DNA of 50,184 nucleotides from Candidatus Nomurabacteria bacterium (GCA_020632035.1 JACKGG010000006.1:1-50184); one strand, 5' to 3'; shown: positions 1 through 9,110, numbered from the stretch's first letter. Notes: generated by a model not told the origin, from the sequence alone. Made by a program: numbers and translations.

Positions 1-1027
1 TAGTGTTCTTAGGGATTGTGAGGGCACGCATGGTAAGGCTAGTGATGATACCGATCGTTCCCTGGCTACCAGAAATGAGCCTGGTAAGGTCGAACGTTCC
101 TTCTCCTTTTTTGAACTTAGCAACTCCTTGAGGCATAACACTCCAGAGTGGGTAGCCAGCACTGTTTTTCTTAGTTTCTGGTTTGTTGTTTCTTATTTCT
201 TTCTCGTTCTTGCTTATTAACTCAAAAACTTCATTCGCTATACGGGCGTGTTCGTGATTTTGTTTTATGAGCATTTTAAACTCTCGTAAAGTCAGGGGCT
301 TTATGGTGTAAGTGTGTCCGTCGTGTAGTACTACATCCATTGCTTCTACCCAGTCGGCACAGTGGCCGTGGCGAAGTGAGTCGGGGCCGGCTGCGTTGTT
401 GGCAATAGAGCCTCCGATACTGCAGATGTCTTTTGAGGCAGGGTAAGAAGGAAGGTAGGCGTTGTGCTCCTTTAATTTCTTTTCTATATTTCGCCACATC
501 GTACCTGGTTCACAAGTGAAAGTGATTTTATCTTTCTTAACAGTAACGTCGCCAATTTTATTCAAATGAGCGCACAGGTCGATGACGATTGAGTCGGTCA
601 GGGATCCACCACCTAGGCCGGTACCAGCCGCACGTGGAGTGAGTGAGAGCGAGCTGAAGCGTTTGGTTTCTTCAGAGATGGCTTTAGTGGCTACTTCTAC
701 ATCACGGCGGTTTTTTGGTTGGATGACTACCTGCGGACGTACAGAAAAAATACTTTCATCGTAGCTGTATGCTTCGAGAAGTTCTTTCTTGGTAGAGATA
801 CCACCGCGGAAACCAGCTTCGCGTAGGACTTTTTCAATCAACAAGTGCCCTAGTGGATTACGTTTGATCCCGTCAGTTTTTTGAACCTTTTTTGAAGCCT
901 GTTTGATAAGCACAGCTGAGGCTTTTTTAATTGGAGTTTTTTTCCGAGTGGTTTTTTTAGTCGCCACCTTTTTAACAGGGCGCTTAGTAGAACCTCCTCG
1001 TTTCGTTGTTACCGAAGAACGTGGCAT
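1..1027 (-). CDS. FAD-binding oxidoreductase (FAD_binding_4 / GlcD, D-lactate dehydrogenase-like), truncated by the window edge, with a Lys-rich N-terminal extension
   Basis: Absent from the ORF track. Manual translation from the ATG at 1027 is open to position 1: MPRSSVTTKRGG...YSYDESIF..RPQVVIQP...PRAAGTGLGGGSL...SIGGSIANNAAG...LISGSQGTIGIIT. These are FAD-linked oxidase motifs. Confidence 0.88.
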   Translation of the reverse strand, partial: MPRSSVTTKRGGSTKRPVKKVATKKTTRKKTPIKKASAVLIKQASKKVQKTDGIKRNPLGHLLIEKVLREAGFRGGISTKKELLEAYSYDESIFSVRPQVVIQPKNRRDVEVATKAISEETKRFSSLSLTPRAAGTGLGGGSLTDSIVIDLCAHLNKIGDVTVKKDKITFTCEPGTMWRNIEKKLKEHNAYLPSYPASKDICSIGGSIANNAAGPDSLRHGHCADWVEAMDVVLHDGHTYTIKPLTLREFKMLIKQNHEHARIANEVFELISKNEKEIRNNKPETKKNSAGYPLWSVMPQGVAKFKKGEGTFDLTRLISGSQGTIGIITSLTMRALTIPKNT

Positions 1028-1082
1028 TACCTATAGTATACATGCAAGAAAACTTTTCTTTAATTGTTTTTCACAGGTAAAG

Positions 1083-1107
1083 AAAAACCCGACACATTTG
1101 TATCAGG
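1083..1107 (-). terminator. Putative intrinsic terminator
   Basis: Minus strand cctgatac-aaat-gtgtcggg followed by a T-run. Confidence 0.5.
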
Positions 1108-1129
1108 CGGTATTCCTTGTGAGGAACAA

Positions 1130-1627
1130 CTAGTGGTAGGTCAGCGGTCTACTCAATGTTTCCAGGTCAATATGTGAATCTTCTGGTAGATTGTCTTCAT
1201 TATCTGATTCTTTGCTGAACCTATCTTGTTTAATGTTCTCCTTAATTCCAGCAAATAGATAATCTGTTATTATTTCGTAGTTGTCGTATGGGTCATACCC
1301 ATTTGTAACTAGGTACTCAGAGAGCACAGAACGGTAAGTTAACCACAGAGTGTTTTTGTGCAAATCAATTACATAAATTTCTTGCACAAGTAGATTTCTC
1401 TCAGTTGAATCAGCTGGCATAAAGTTTGCTTTGTCAGCGAGTTCGTTCCTCTCCATGAGAAGTTCTACCGCTGTTTTGTATAGGTGTAGCGCAGGTAATG
1501 GAGCTTCGTGGGGAGTGGAATGTCTTGATTCATCAAATTCTGTTAGCCAGGAAGGGTTAATTTGGCAGGGTTCGGTTTCTGTGATGATTTTGTATAATAA
1601 CTCTGTAAGAGTAAGACGATTATTCAT
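1130..1627 (-). CDS. Hypothetical acidic protein (165 aa), stand-alone cassette
   Basis: Long ORF. GAGG 9 nt before ATG, TTGACT-17-TATTTT promoter upstream, hairpin plus T-run downstream. Confidence 0.75.
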   Translation of the reverse strand: MNNRLTLTELLYKIITETEPCQINPSWLTEFDESRHSTPHEAPLPALHLYKTAVELLMERNELADKANFMPADSTERNLLVQEIYVIDLHKNTLWLTYRSVLSEYLVTNGYDPYDNYEIITDYLFAGIKENIKQDRFSKESDNEDNLPEDSHIDLETLSRPLTYH

Positions 1628-1700
1628 TTTCTTAATCCTCGTGTTGTTGTGAAAGAGCCTAGATTAAAAATACTACTTATGTATTGTCAGTCAAGTATAG

Positions 1701-1734
1701 AAAAGACCCGCAACAGAATGTTTGGTACGGGTCT
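1701..1734 (-). terminator. Putative intrinsic terminator
   Basis: agacccg...cgggtct stem followed by tttt on the minus strand. Confidence 0.5.
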
Positions 1735-1748
1735 GTGGTCATTTGGTT

Positions 1749-2246
1749 CTAGTTGAGAATCAAAGGTTTTTCTTCGAGAACATTTTCCCCAGGAATACTA
1801 TCCTCTGAACAGCAAACTATAGTAAATATCCAATTGGAAAAAATCTCGTAGTCTATTTCCTCCTCTGAGTATTTCAAGTCTTCCTCCCAAACATCAGTTT
1901 CATTAAGCATCAACATTTGGGTTATGAACCAGTTTCTGTTGTTTTTTAATGCCGCATACTTAACCATTAGTTCAGAAATGGTGAACCCGATCTCGTCTCC
2001 TACTTCGATGGAAGCATCTCCAGGTAAGATATTCAACTTAATGGAAAGCTCCTCAATTTCATCCAAGGTAGCAACTTCATACGTGTAAATGTTTCTGGCG
2101 ATGCGTGGTAGATAAAAATGTTGTTCTCCGTGTGTTACCTCGTTGTAAATTGGGTAGTGTTCTCCAGTACCACAAACTGGATCATTTTTGTCAGAGATGG
2201 ACGCAACCAGAAGCTCTTCCAAGGAAAAATCTGCGATTTTCTTCAT
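1749..2246 (-). CDS. Hypothetical acidic protein (165 aa), stand-alone cassette
   Basis: Long ORF. GAGGT 7 nt before ATG, TTGACC-16-TAACTT upstream, agacccg/cgggtct hairpin downstream. Confidence 0.75.
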   Translation of the reverse strand: MKKIADFSLEELLVASISDKNDPVCGTGEHYPIYNEVTHGEQHFYLPRIARNIYTYEVATLDEIEELSIKLNILPGDASIEVGDEIGFTISELMVKYAALKNNRNWFITQMLMLNETDVWEEDLKYSEEEIDYEIFSNWIFTIVCCSEDSIPGENVLEEKPLILN

Positions 2247-2341
2247 TTCAAATACCTCGTTGTGTGCTGTTTGCCTACTACTGAAGTTACCATTTTAACG
2301 GTTTTGGTCAAGGATTTGAGGTCTATGGTATTCTTACTCGC

Positions 2342-4042
2342 ATGACACAAGAAAGAGCGTTAGATATTCTGAAGACGGGAGCAAATGTATTCTTGACTGG
2401 AGAACCAGGGGCGGGAAAGACGTATGTGATTAATAAATATGTAGCGTGGTTGGAAGCTGCCGGGCTAAACGTTGCGGTGACTGCTTCGACTGGTATCGCG
2501 GCGACACACATCGGTGGAATGACTATTCATTCTTGGAGTGGCTTCGGTATTAAAGGTGAATTGACTCCTTACGATTTGGAGCAAATTGCTGGCCGAGAGA
2601 GGTTGGTTAAGCGAATGAAGAAGGCTCATGTTCTTGTGATTGACGAAATTTCTATGTTGGACGGTCGAGGGCTCGACATGGTTGATCAGATTTTGAGAAC
2701 TGTTCTACAAAAACCAGAGCCGTTTGGTGGATTGCAGGTAGTTTGTATTGGAGATTTTTTTCAGCTTCCACCAGTTACTCGTCAAGGAGATATGATGCGC
2801 TATGCGTTTGAGAGTAACGCTTGGCTCAATATGAAGCCTTTGGTTTGTTATATAACTGAGCAATATCGACAAGAAGACGAAATGCTTCTTGGGCTACTTG
2901 GTTCGATTCGACGAAATGAAATCGAAGAGGAACATTACACATTACTCAATGAGCAAAAAGAAATTGCTTATGAGCAGATTGAGCCTACTCGTCTGTATAC
3001 GCACAACGCTGACGTCGACGCGGTAAACACCCAAAAGCTGGCTCAACTTCCGGGAGCTGTCCGCAAGTTCAAAATGGAAGGAAGGGGAAGGAAGCCTTTG
3101 ATAGAAGGTCTGGCTAAAAATTGCCTCTCACCAGAACTGCTTGAACTTAAAGAGGATGCAATGGTCATGTGTACCAAAAATAATTTTGAACAAGGGTATG
3201 TAAACGGCACGCTGGGGAGGGTAGTGCGCTTCGACGAAGGTTATCCAGTGATTGAAACTACGGAAGGTAAAGAAATACTAATGAAGACCACAACTTGGGA
3301 GATGGCAGAAGACGGAAAGATTTTGGCGCAAATCGAGCAACTTCCACTCCGCCTTGCTTGGGCCATTACTGTCCACAAAAGCCAAGGTATGTCACTCGAT
3401 GCTGCTGAAATTGACCTTTCTAAAGCCTTTGTTTATGGACAAGGCTACGTAGCTCTTTCTCGAGTACGTTCACTAGATGGACTTAAGGTGCTTGGTATGC
3501 ATCCAAATGCTCTCCAAGTAGACCCAAAAGTCATCATGCAAGACGCTAAATTTCATAAAGAGGCCGAAATGGCTGAAGACGCTTTTATCGCAATGGAAGA
3601 TAAGGAGGTATTAGAAATGCACGAGCGCTTTGTGGTAGCACACGGTGGTAAGGTGCCGAGTGACGACGAAGTTGGTGTGGTGAAGGTTGGGTCGCAGAGA
3701 GTTCAGGCGGAAAGTACTTACGCTGTGACAAAGACTTTGATACTAGAGGGTAGAGGTATAAAAGATATTTCTGATGTCCGAGGTCTCACTGAGACAACTG
3801 TCTGGACACATATCGAGAGATTGGTTGAAGATAAAGAGCTCACCGCTGAGCAAATCAAACACCTCGAACCAACTGATATCGATTGGAACCTAGCCCGACA
3901 AACCCTAAACTCCGCCATGGACAAACACGGCACCGAAAAACTAAAACCAATTTACGAAGCGGCTAAGGAAGAGTACGATTATACTTTGGTCAGGTTAGCT
4001 AGAATGCAGTATTGGCTGGAAGAGGGCGAGGTTGTGTTCTAA
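2342..4042 (+). CDS. PIF1/RecD-like superfamily 1B DNA helicase with C-terminal helix-turn-helix domain
   Basis: Walker A GEPGAGKT, IDEISM, GDFFQLPPV and QLPLRLAWAITVHKSQG motifs. C-terminal segment resembles RecQ-associated HTH_40. Confidence 0.92.
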   Translation: MTQERALDILKTGANVFLTGEPGAGKTYVINKYVAWLEAAGLNVAVTASTGIAATHIGGMTIHSWSGFGIKGELTPYDLEQIAGRERLVKRMKKAHVLVIDEISMLDGRGLDMVDQILRTVLQKPEPFGGLQVVCIGDFFQLPPVTRQGDMMRYAFESNAWLNMKPLVCYITEQYRQEDEMLLGLLGSIRRNEIEEEHYTLLNEQKEIAYEQIEPTRLYTHNADVDAVNTQKLAQLPGAVRKFKMEGRGRKPLIEGLAKNCLSPELLELKEDAMVMCTKNNFEQGYVNGTLGRVVRFDEGYPVIETTEGKEILMKTTTWEMAEDGKILAQIEQLPLRLAWAITVHKSQGMSLDAAEIDLSKAFVYGQGYVALSRVRSLDGLKVLGMHPNALQVDPKVIMQDAKFHKEAEMAEDAFIAMEDKEVLEMHERFVVAHGGKVPSDDEVGVVKVGSQRVQAESTYAVTKTLILEGRGIKDISDVRGLTETTVWTHIERLVEDKELTAEQIKHLEPTDIDWNLARQTLNSAMDKHGTEKLKPIYEAAKEEYDYTLVRLARMQYWLEEGEVVF

Positions 4043-4170
4043 GACTTCATCCAAAACTAGCGCAGCTGTACTGGTTTCGGATTTTGTGCTCGGTCACCGT
4101 ATATCAAATACGACTCCGTCGCACAAAATCCTCCAACCAGCCCACCTGCATCTATTTTTGAAAGAAGTTT
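4042..4170. repeat. Long nested imperfect palindrome (REP-like element or structured RNA)
   Basis: Nested pairs acttc/gaagt, caaaa.tag/cta.ttttg, gcag/ctgc, ctggtt/aaccag, ggattttgtgc/gcacaaaatcc and cgtat/atacg around an atcaa loop. Confidence 0.7.
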
Positions 4171-4242
4171 GAAGTGTTGACAAAGTAGGTTTATTTTGCA
4201 TGCTATAACTAGCATGACCTTAAGTATCTATGGAGGTGGAAA

Positions 4243-4461
4243 ATGAGAGCACGTAGTAATTATTTTCAAAACATTGAAAACACATCGGTTCTTAAATCGG
4301 GGGATAAGTGGTTGATGAGTTCAGTAGTGTGTTTGTTCAGCACTATGATACTTATGGAGGTGGCGCTCATACATGCTTTCGGCATCTGTGGCTCTGTGCT
4401 TTTATTTGGACATTTTGTCCGTCAAGCTATCGCTTCTGATATCAAGAGACATGACTCTTAG
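4243..4461 (+). CDS. Small hypothetical membrane protein (72 aa)
   Basis: GGAGGT 5 nt before ATG, extended -10 TGcTATAAC at 4201-4209, hydrophobic central region, terminator at 4484-4507. Confidence 0.6.
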   Translation: MRARSNYFQNIENTSVLKSGDKWLMSSVVCLFSTMILMEVALIHAFGICGSVLLFGHFVRQAIASDIKRHDS

Positions 4462-4483
4462 TTGAGTTGTATCCACTAAGTTA

Positions 4484-4507
4484 AAGGCCTTCCTCGGAGG
4501 GTCTTTT
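4484..4507 (+). terminator. Putative intrinsic terminator
   Basis: aaggccttcctcggagggtctttt hairpin plus T-run. Confidence 0.5.
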
Positions 4508-4515
4508 GTTATAGT

Positions 4516-5121
4516 GTGCTAATGTTTCGGTTTCGGAGAAAGAAAGTACGGCGACGTAGCCGCCGCACTAGTAGTGTCACTAAACACTATGTTGAAAATA
4601 AAGAGGTAGCGCGCGAGCTGGTGCTCGCGCGCCTAGCGGTCTTTAATCGGCACTACTCGCTCAAGTGGAACAGAGTAGCGATTCGAAACCAACGACGCTG
4701 TTGGGGGAGTTGTACTTCTCTAAAGAATCTCAATTTTAATTACAAAATAATTTTTCTTCCTCCACATCTTCAAGACTACATTATTGTGCACGAGCTCTGC
4801 CACTTGAAAGAACTCAATCACGGACAGAATTTTTGGAACTTAGTGGCTGAGACAGTACCAGACTACAAACAGCGTATAGCTGAAGTGAAAGTGATTGATA
4901 AACTCGGAGGCTCAGTAAAACTTCTTACTAAGCTACAGGAGAATTATCTTTCTGGTGCCAAAGCGCCAGCGAAGCCAGAGTCCGGTGTGGCGACCAGTCT
5001 TGAACAGTGGTGCGAATCTTGCGAACGTAATGTGGTTTGTAGTTGTAGTTTCGATAAAGACTCTGCATTAGACCAAGATCACCAAACGAAAATACATCCG
5101 GCCTCGCCAGCGAAAACATAA
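4516..5121 (+). CDS. YgjP/DUF45 (M48-like) zinc metallohydrolase
   Basis: RNQRRCWGSC, LNFNYKIIFLP and IVHELCHLKELNHG (HExxH) motifs. Confidence 0.85.
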   Translation: MLMFRFRRKKVRRRSRRTSSVTKHYVENKEVARELVLARLAVFNRHYSLKWNRVAIRNQRRCWGSCTSLKNLNFNYKIIFLPPHLQDYIIVHELCHLKELNHGQNFWNLVAETVPDYKQRIAEVKVIDKLGGSVKLLTKLQENYLSGAKAPAKPESGVATSLEQWCESCERNVVCSCSFDKDSALDQDHQTKIHPASPAKT

Positions 5122-5560
5122 GAAACATTTCGGCCGTCCAGCGACCAATGCCGGGGAGCTTGGTGAGTTCGGTGATGATGGCTTCGTTGTCGAGGTGCAC
5201 GAAATTCCCTACGGGAATCTCGTGCCACAACTTTGCACTCTTCTTAATATAGTTTGTCTTCTGAGCTGAAAGCCCGCAGGCTTTCAGCTCTTCAAAGTCT
5301 ATTTCTATCACTGACTCAGTATTTACTTTTACCAGCACTTCTTCTACTCGACTATAGATAGACCGAGCTGCTTTCACGCTAATCTGTTGACTCACAATGC
5401 TTTTTACAATTGAGTTGAAATATTTAGACTTTGGAAGTGGTTGGGGAATAGTGATTGGGTTGGTACTATTTTGAGAGCTCTGAAGTAAGTCATGCATTAA
5501 AGCATCGTTTTTCTTGAAATATTTTAGTGCCGAATCAGTATCAATAGGTACACTTAACAT
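4928..5560 (-). CDS. alkA: DNA-3-methyladenine glycosylase II family (AlkA-like, HhH-GPD)
   Basis: SIVSQQISVKAA, HhH motif LTKLPGIGRWTAEMFL and DLG. Start placed at the ATG at 5560; the ORF track extends to 5578, abutting msrAB. Confidence 0.85.
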   Translation of the reverse strand: MLSVPIDTDSALKYFKKNDALMHDLLQSSQNSTNPITIPQPLPKSKYFNSIVKSIVSQQISVKAARSIYSRVEEVLVKVNTESVIEIDFEELKACGLSAQKTNYIKKSAKLWHEIPVGNFVHLDNEAIITELTKLPGIGRWTAEMFLMFSLARPDVFSFGDLGLMQSLYRNYNYKPHYVRKIRTTVQDWSPHRTLASLALWHQKDNSPVA

Positions 5561-5578
5561 CCTGTAATAGTAAACCAT

Positions 5579-6919
5579 ATGAATTTTTTTAGTAACATCT
5601 TCCTCACTATAGCCACATTTTTTGGGTTTGGACAGGTAGATATGGAAGCAGAGGTACAGCCAGTCCCAATAATTGAGGAAATAAATGCTGAAAGCGACAT
5701 TTTGTCTCCAGACACTCAGACTGAAGAGTCAGGTCCTGTAGAGAATATTGATGATTCTGGTTCTTCAGATCCAGGTGAATCTGGGGTTATTTCTCTTAAT
5801 ACCCAGCCAGACGAAGCTGAATATACTGAAGGTGAATCGATGGAGGTAAATGCTGGTGGAGGCGAGATATCTGCACCAAGCGCGGTATTATCACCAGACC
5901 TTAGAACTATGGTGGTAGCTGGTGGTTGCTTTTGGTGCGTGGAAGCAGATCTAGAAAAGGTCCACGGGGTAATAGAGGTGGTGTCTGGATATGCAGGAGG
6001 AAGTACCGATAATCCAACTTACAAAACTTATGGTAGTGGTGGTCATAGGGAAGTAGTGGAAGTTACGTATGATGCCAACCAAGTTTCATTTGAAGATATC
6101 TTGATCGTTACCATGAAGACTACCGACCCAACCGACGACGATGGAACTTTTGCCGACCGCGGAGATAAGTATTCATCAGCTTTCTATTACGATAACGATG
6201 AACAGAAACAGATTATTGAAAATCTGATCAAAGAAGTAGATAAACATGGTCCATATGATAAACCGCTAGCAATAGACATTGAAAAACGTCCAACGTTTTG
6301 GCCAGCAGAAGACAGTCATCAGGATTACTATAAAGGCACGTTGACTCACCTAAAGTATCAGTATTATCGAAATGCTTCCGGCCGCAGTGATTTTATTGTT
6401 AAGTATTGGGGGGTAAATGATCATAGTCCGAAGTTACCGTGGAGAAGTGAACAAGCTAATATCAAAACTTATATGTGGAGCAGCTACCAAAAACCAAATG
6501 TAGATGTGTTGGAAGGTCAACTAGACCCGTTGGTATTCAAAGTGACACAGAAGGAGGGGACAGAAAAAGCCGGGTCAAGTCCGCTAGATAAAAACTGGGA
6601 GGAAGGTATTTATGTAGACATCCTCTCTGGTGAGCCACTTTATTCTTCTAAAGATAAGTTTGATTCAGGAACCGGCTGGCCATCATTTGTGAGACCAATT
6701 ACTCCTGATGCAGTAACAGAACATATAGACAAGCGACTCTTTACTAGTAGGACAGAAATTCGTTCAGCTATTGCCGACAACCACTTAGGGCACGTGTTCA
6801 ATGATGGTCCTAAAGACAGCACCGGATTTCGATACTGTATGAATGGAGTAGCCTTGAAATTTATTCCTAAGGTAGAAATGGAGGTACAAGGCTATGGGGA
6901 TTTTTTAAAGTACATTTAA
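5579..6919 (+). CDS. msrAB: Bifunctional peptide methionine sulfoxide reductase MsrA-MsrB with N-terminal signal/anchor and acidic linker
   Basis: MsrA AGGCFWCVE, SGYAGG and AEDSHQDYY motifs. MsrB SKDKFDSGTGWPSF, HLGHVFNDGP and RYCMNG motifs. Confidence 0.95.
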   Translation: MNFFSNIFLTIATFFGFGQVDMEAEVQPVPIIEEINAESDILSPDTQTEESGPVENIDDSGSSDPGESGVISLNTQPDEAEYTEGESMEVNAGGGEISAPSAVLSPDLRTMVVAGGCFWCVEADLEKVHGVIEVVSGYAGGSTDNPTYKTYGSGGHREVVEVTYDANQVSFEDILIVTMKTTDPTDDDGTFADRGDKYSSAFYYDNDEQKQIIENLIKEVDKHGPYDKPLAIDIEKRPTFWPAEDSHQDYYKGTLTHLKYQYYRNASGRSDFIVKYWGVNDHSPKLPWRSEQANIKTYMWSSYQKPNVDVLEGQLDPLVFKVTQKEGTEKAGSSPLDKNWEEGIYVDILSGEPLYSSKDKFDSGTGWPSFVRPITPDAVTEHIDKRLFTSRTEIRSAIADNHLGHVFNDGPKDSTGFRYCMNGVALKFIPKVEMEVQGYGDFLKYI

Positions 6920-6926
6920 TTTAATA

Positions 6927-6967
6927 GAGTAGAAAAGCCAGCCCCTTAGGGGCAGGCTTTTCTACTC
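6927..6967. terminator. Strong hairpin, probable terminator
   Basis: gagtagaaaagcc.gcccc / ggggc.ggcttttctactc inverted repeat. Confidence 0.7.
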
Positions 6968-7025
6968 ATACTTATTCAAATACTTGACCCTTTTACCTGT
7001 CTACTCTAATGTATACTTTATAAAT

Positions 7026-7976
7026 ATGGAAATGATTCAACTCGTACAGTGGTCAGGGATTTTGATTGCTTCTCTGTATGTTTTGGTAAGAGGTGCAGAT
7101 TTATTCATTGAAGGAGCAAAAAGAATAGGTGGAGCATTTGGAATGAGCTCATTTGCTATCGGTGTATTGATTGTCGGTATTGGTACATCATTACCGGAAT
7201 TAGCATCGTCTTTAGCGGCGGTAGTAGCTGGTACAACTGAGATTGTAATTGCCAATGCGGTTGGTTCAAATATAACTAACATTCTTTTGATCGTTGGAGT
7301 TTTAGCTGCGCTTGGTGGTCCGGTGATGATTAATAAAAATCTTCTCAAGACCGAATTACCGATTTTCTTTATAGCAACGGTTCATTTTGTAGCTAGTGTA
7401 TATGATGGAGTGGTGGATAGGGTAGAAGCTATGCTTTTATTTGCTACGTTTTGTGCCTATATGTGGTACCTTTTTTCTTCTAATAATACCGCTAAAAAAG
7501 AGATGGCCGTTCCTCACAAGAATGAAAAGATAACTATTAAATCTGTCGTATTTGTGTTATTTGGTATTGTTGCCCTGCTAATAGGAGCAAACTACACAGT
7601 TGAGATGGCTGTCAATATTGCGACCGGACTGTCTGTGCCGTTGGGCTTAGTTTCTATTGGAGCTATTGCTATTGGTACTTCGCTGCCAGAATTATTCGTT
7701 TCTTTGCAAGCATTAAAGACTGGGGAAACAGATTTGGCAATCGGTAATATCTTTGGATCAAACGCTTTTAATATTTTGATGGTTGTTGGTATACCTGGAC
7801 TTTTTTCTAAGCTAGTGGCTGGGGAGGTAGTAATGGAGTTAGGTATCTGGATTCTTGTAGCGGCTTCTTTAATTCTTTTTGTTAATGGTCTAGCTCGGCA
7901 GGTGCAAAAATGGGAAGGGGTGGCGATGATTATTTTTTTTATTTTCTTTCTAGTAAAACTTGTTGCCTTTGTTTAA
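7026..7976 (+). CDS. Calcium/sodium antiporter (CaCA, YrbG family)
   Basis: Two GTSLPEL repeats, GSNITNIL and GNIFGSNAFN motifs, about 10 TM segments. Start reassigned to the ATG at 7026. Confidence 0.92.
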   Translation: MEMIQLVQWSGILIASLYVLVRGADLFIEGAKRIGGAFGMSSFAIGVLIVGIGTSLPELASSLAAVVAGTTEIVIANAVGSNITNILLIVGVLAALGGPVMINKNLLKTELPIFFIATVHFVASVYDGVVDRVEAMLLFATFCAYMWYLFSSNNTAKKEMAVPHKNEKITIKSVVFVLFGIVALLIGANYTVEMAVNIATGLSVPLGLVSIGAIAIGTSLPELFVSLQALKTGETDLAIGNIFGSNAFNILMVVGIPGLFSKLVAGEVVMELGIWILVAASLILFVNGLARQVQKWEGVAMIIFFIFFLVKLVAFV

Positions 7977-7979
7977 AGC

Positions 7980-8684
7980 ATGGATGTTATTCCAGAAATT
8001 TTATTGATAGATAAACCAAAAGGAATTACTTCGTTTGACGTGATTCGCCGTTTGCGTAGAAAGTATTCTGATACGCACGATGGTGAGAAAGCACCTAAGA
8101 TAGGGCACGCCGGGACCCTGGATCCATTAGCAACAGGCTTGATGATATTGGGGGTAGGAAAAGGTACTAAGAAGCTGACTGAGCTGGTAAAGCTGGATAA
8201 GGAGTATGTTGCAGAGGTGCTGATAGGCGAACGTCGCACGACAGGCGACATGGAAGGGGAAGTGATAGAAGAAAAAGTCGTGGAAGAGACGGAAGAAATT
8301 TTGCAGAGCAAAATTTCTTCCGCTCTGGCAGACATGGTCGGCGAGCTAGAGCTACCAGTCTCAGCCTACAGCGCAACCAAGGTAGATGGTGTGCCGATGT
8401 ATAAAAGAGCCCGAAAGGCTGAGAAAACTGGAGATGTGGTGAGTGAGGTTCCAACCCGTGTTATGAAGGTGTATAAAGCTGATCCAGAAGGACTAGAGAT
8501 CAGTAATGACCGAGCAATAGCCACAGTACGCTTCTTTGTAGGTAGTGGTACTTACATTCGTTCTTTGGGAGAAGAATTGGGAAGAAGGATTGGCTACCCT
8601 GCCTGTCTTCATGATTTACGTCGTACAAAAGTAGGAGATTTTGATATTAAAAGTTCAGAGAAGATTGAAGATGTGTTTAATTAA
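7980..8684 (+). CDS. truB: tRNA pseudouridine(55) synthase TruB (short form without PUA domain)
   Basis: DKPKGITSFDV, GHAGTLDPLATG, GSGTYIRSL and LRRTKVGDF motifs. Confidence 0.96.
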   Translation: MDVIPEILLIDKPKGITSFDVIRRLRRKYSDTHDGEKAPKIGHAGTLDPLATGLMILGVGKGTKKLTELVKLDKEYVAEVLIGERRTTGDMEGEVIEEKVVEETEEILQSKISSALADMVGELELPVSAYSATKVDGVPMYKRARKAEKTGDVVSEVPTRVMKVYKADPEGLEISNDRAIATVRFFVGSGTYIRSLGEELGRRIGYPACLHDLRRTKVGDFDIKSSEKIEDVFN

Positions 8685-8765
8685 AACACCGCCCGAGCTT
8701 GAGCAAGGGCGGCTTTAGTTAATCTTCTGACTAGAAGAGTGTGAGGTATTCAGTGCTCTTGAATA

Positions 8766-9110
8766 TCAAATCTTCGAGTTGATATTTGCTACCACCATTG
8801 CCTCTTTTGCGATACCGCTGTCCTCGAGAGCGTTCGCAAGTTTATTTTTCATCCGGTCCATAGTTCTGTTCGGTGGCCTTGGTCGGAGCATAAAGTAGAC
8901 ATAAAACGAAATCTTGCCTGCGTTTTCGTCCACTACGTCAGTATAGTGTTTAACGCCACCGACGGTCATAGGACCAATGTCTTCCAGAAGGAGAAGCAGT
9001 TTTTCGACCTGTTCAGGTGTTGGCTTAAACCTTATTATTTTTGTTCCAACACTCGGAAGGCGATGTTCAGTTCCAGTCTGACCTGCTACGAAAGCTGTAT
9101 CTACAATCAT
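8766..9110 (-). CDS. Hypothetical protein (114 aa)
   Basis: ORF with AGGGGA 7 nt before ATG and a hairpin downstream. No family recognised. Confidence 0.6.
   Translation of the reverse strand: MIVDTAFVAGQTGTEHRLPSVGTKIIRFKPTPEQVEKLLLLLEDIGPMTVGGVKHYTDVVDENAGKISFYVYFMLRPRPPNRTMDRMKNKLANALEDSGIAKEAMVVANINSKI

Noticed and set aside
276-1133. Three short ORFs in the track (276-497, 582-764, 903-1133)
   Set aside because: All overlap the FAD-oxidase frame that runs off the window edge.
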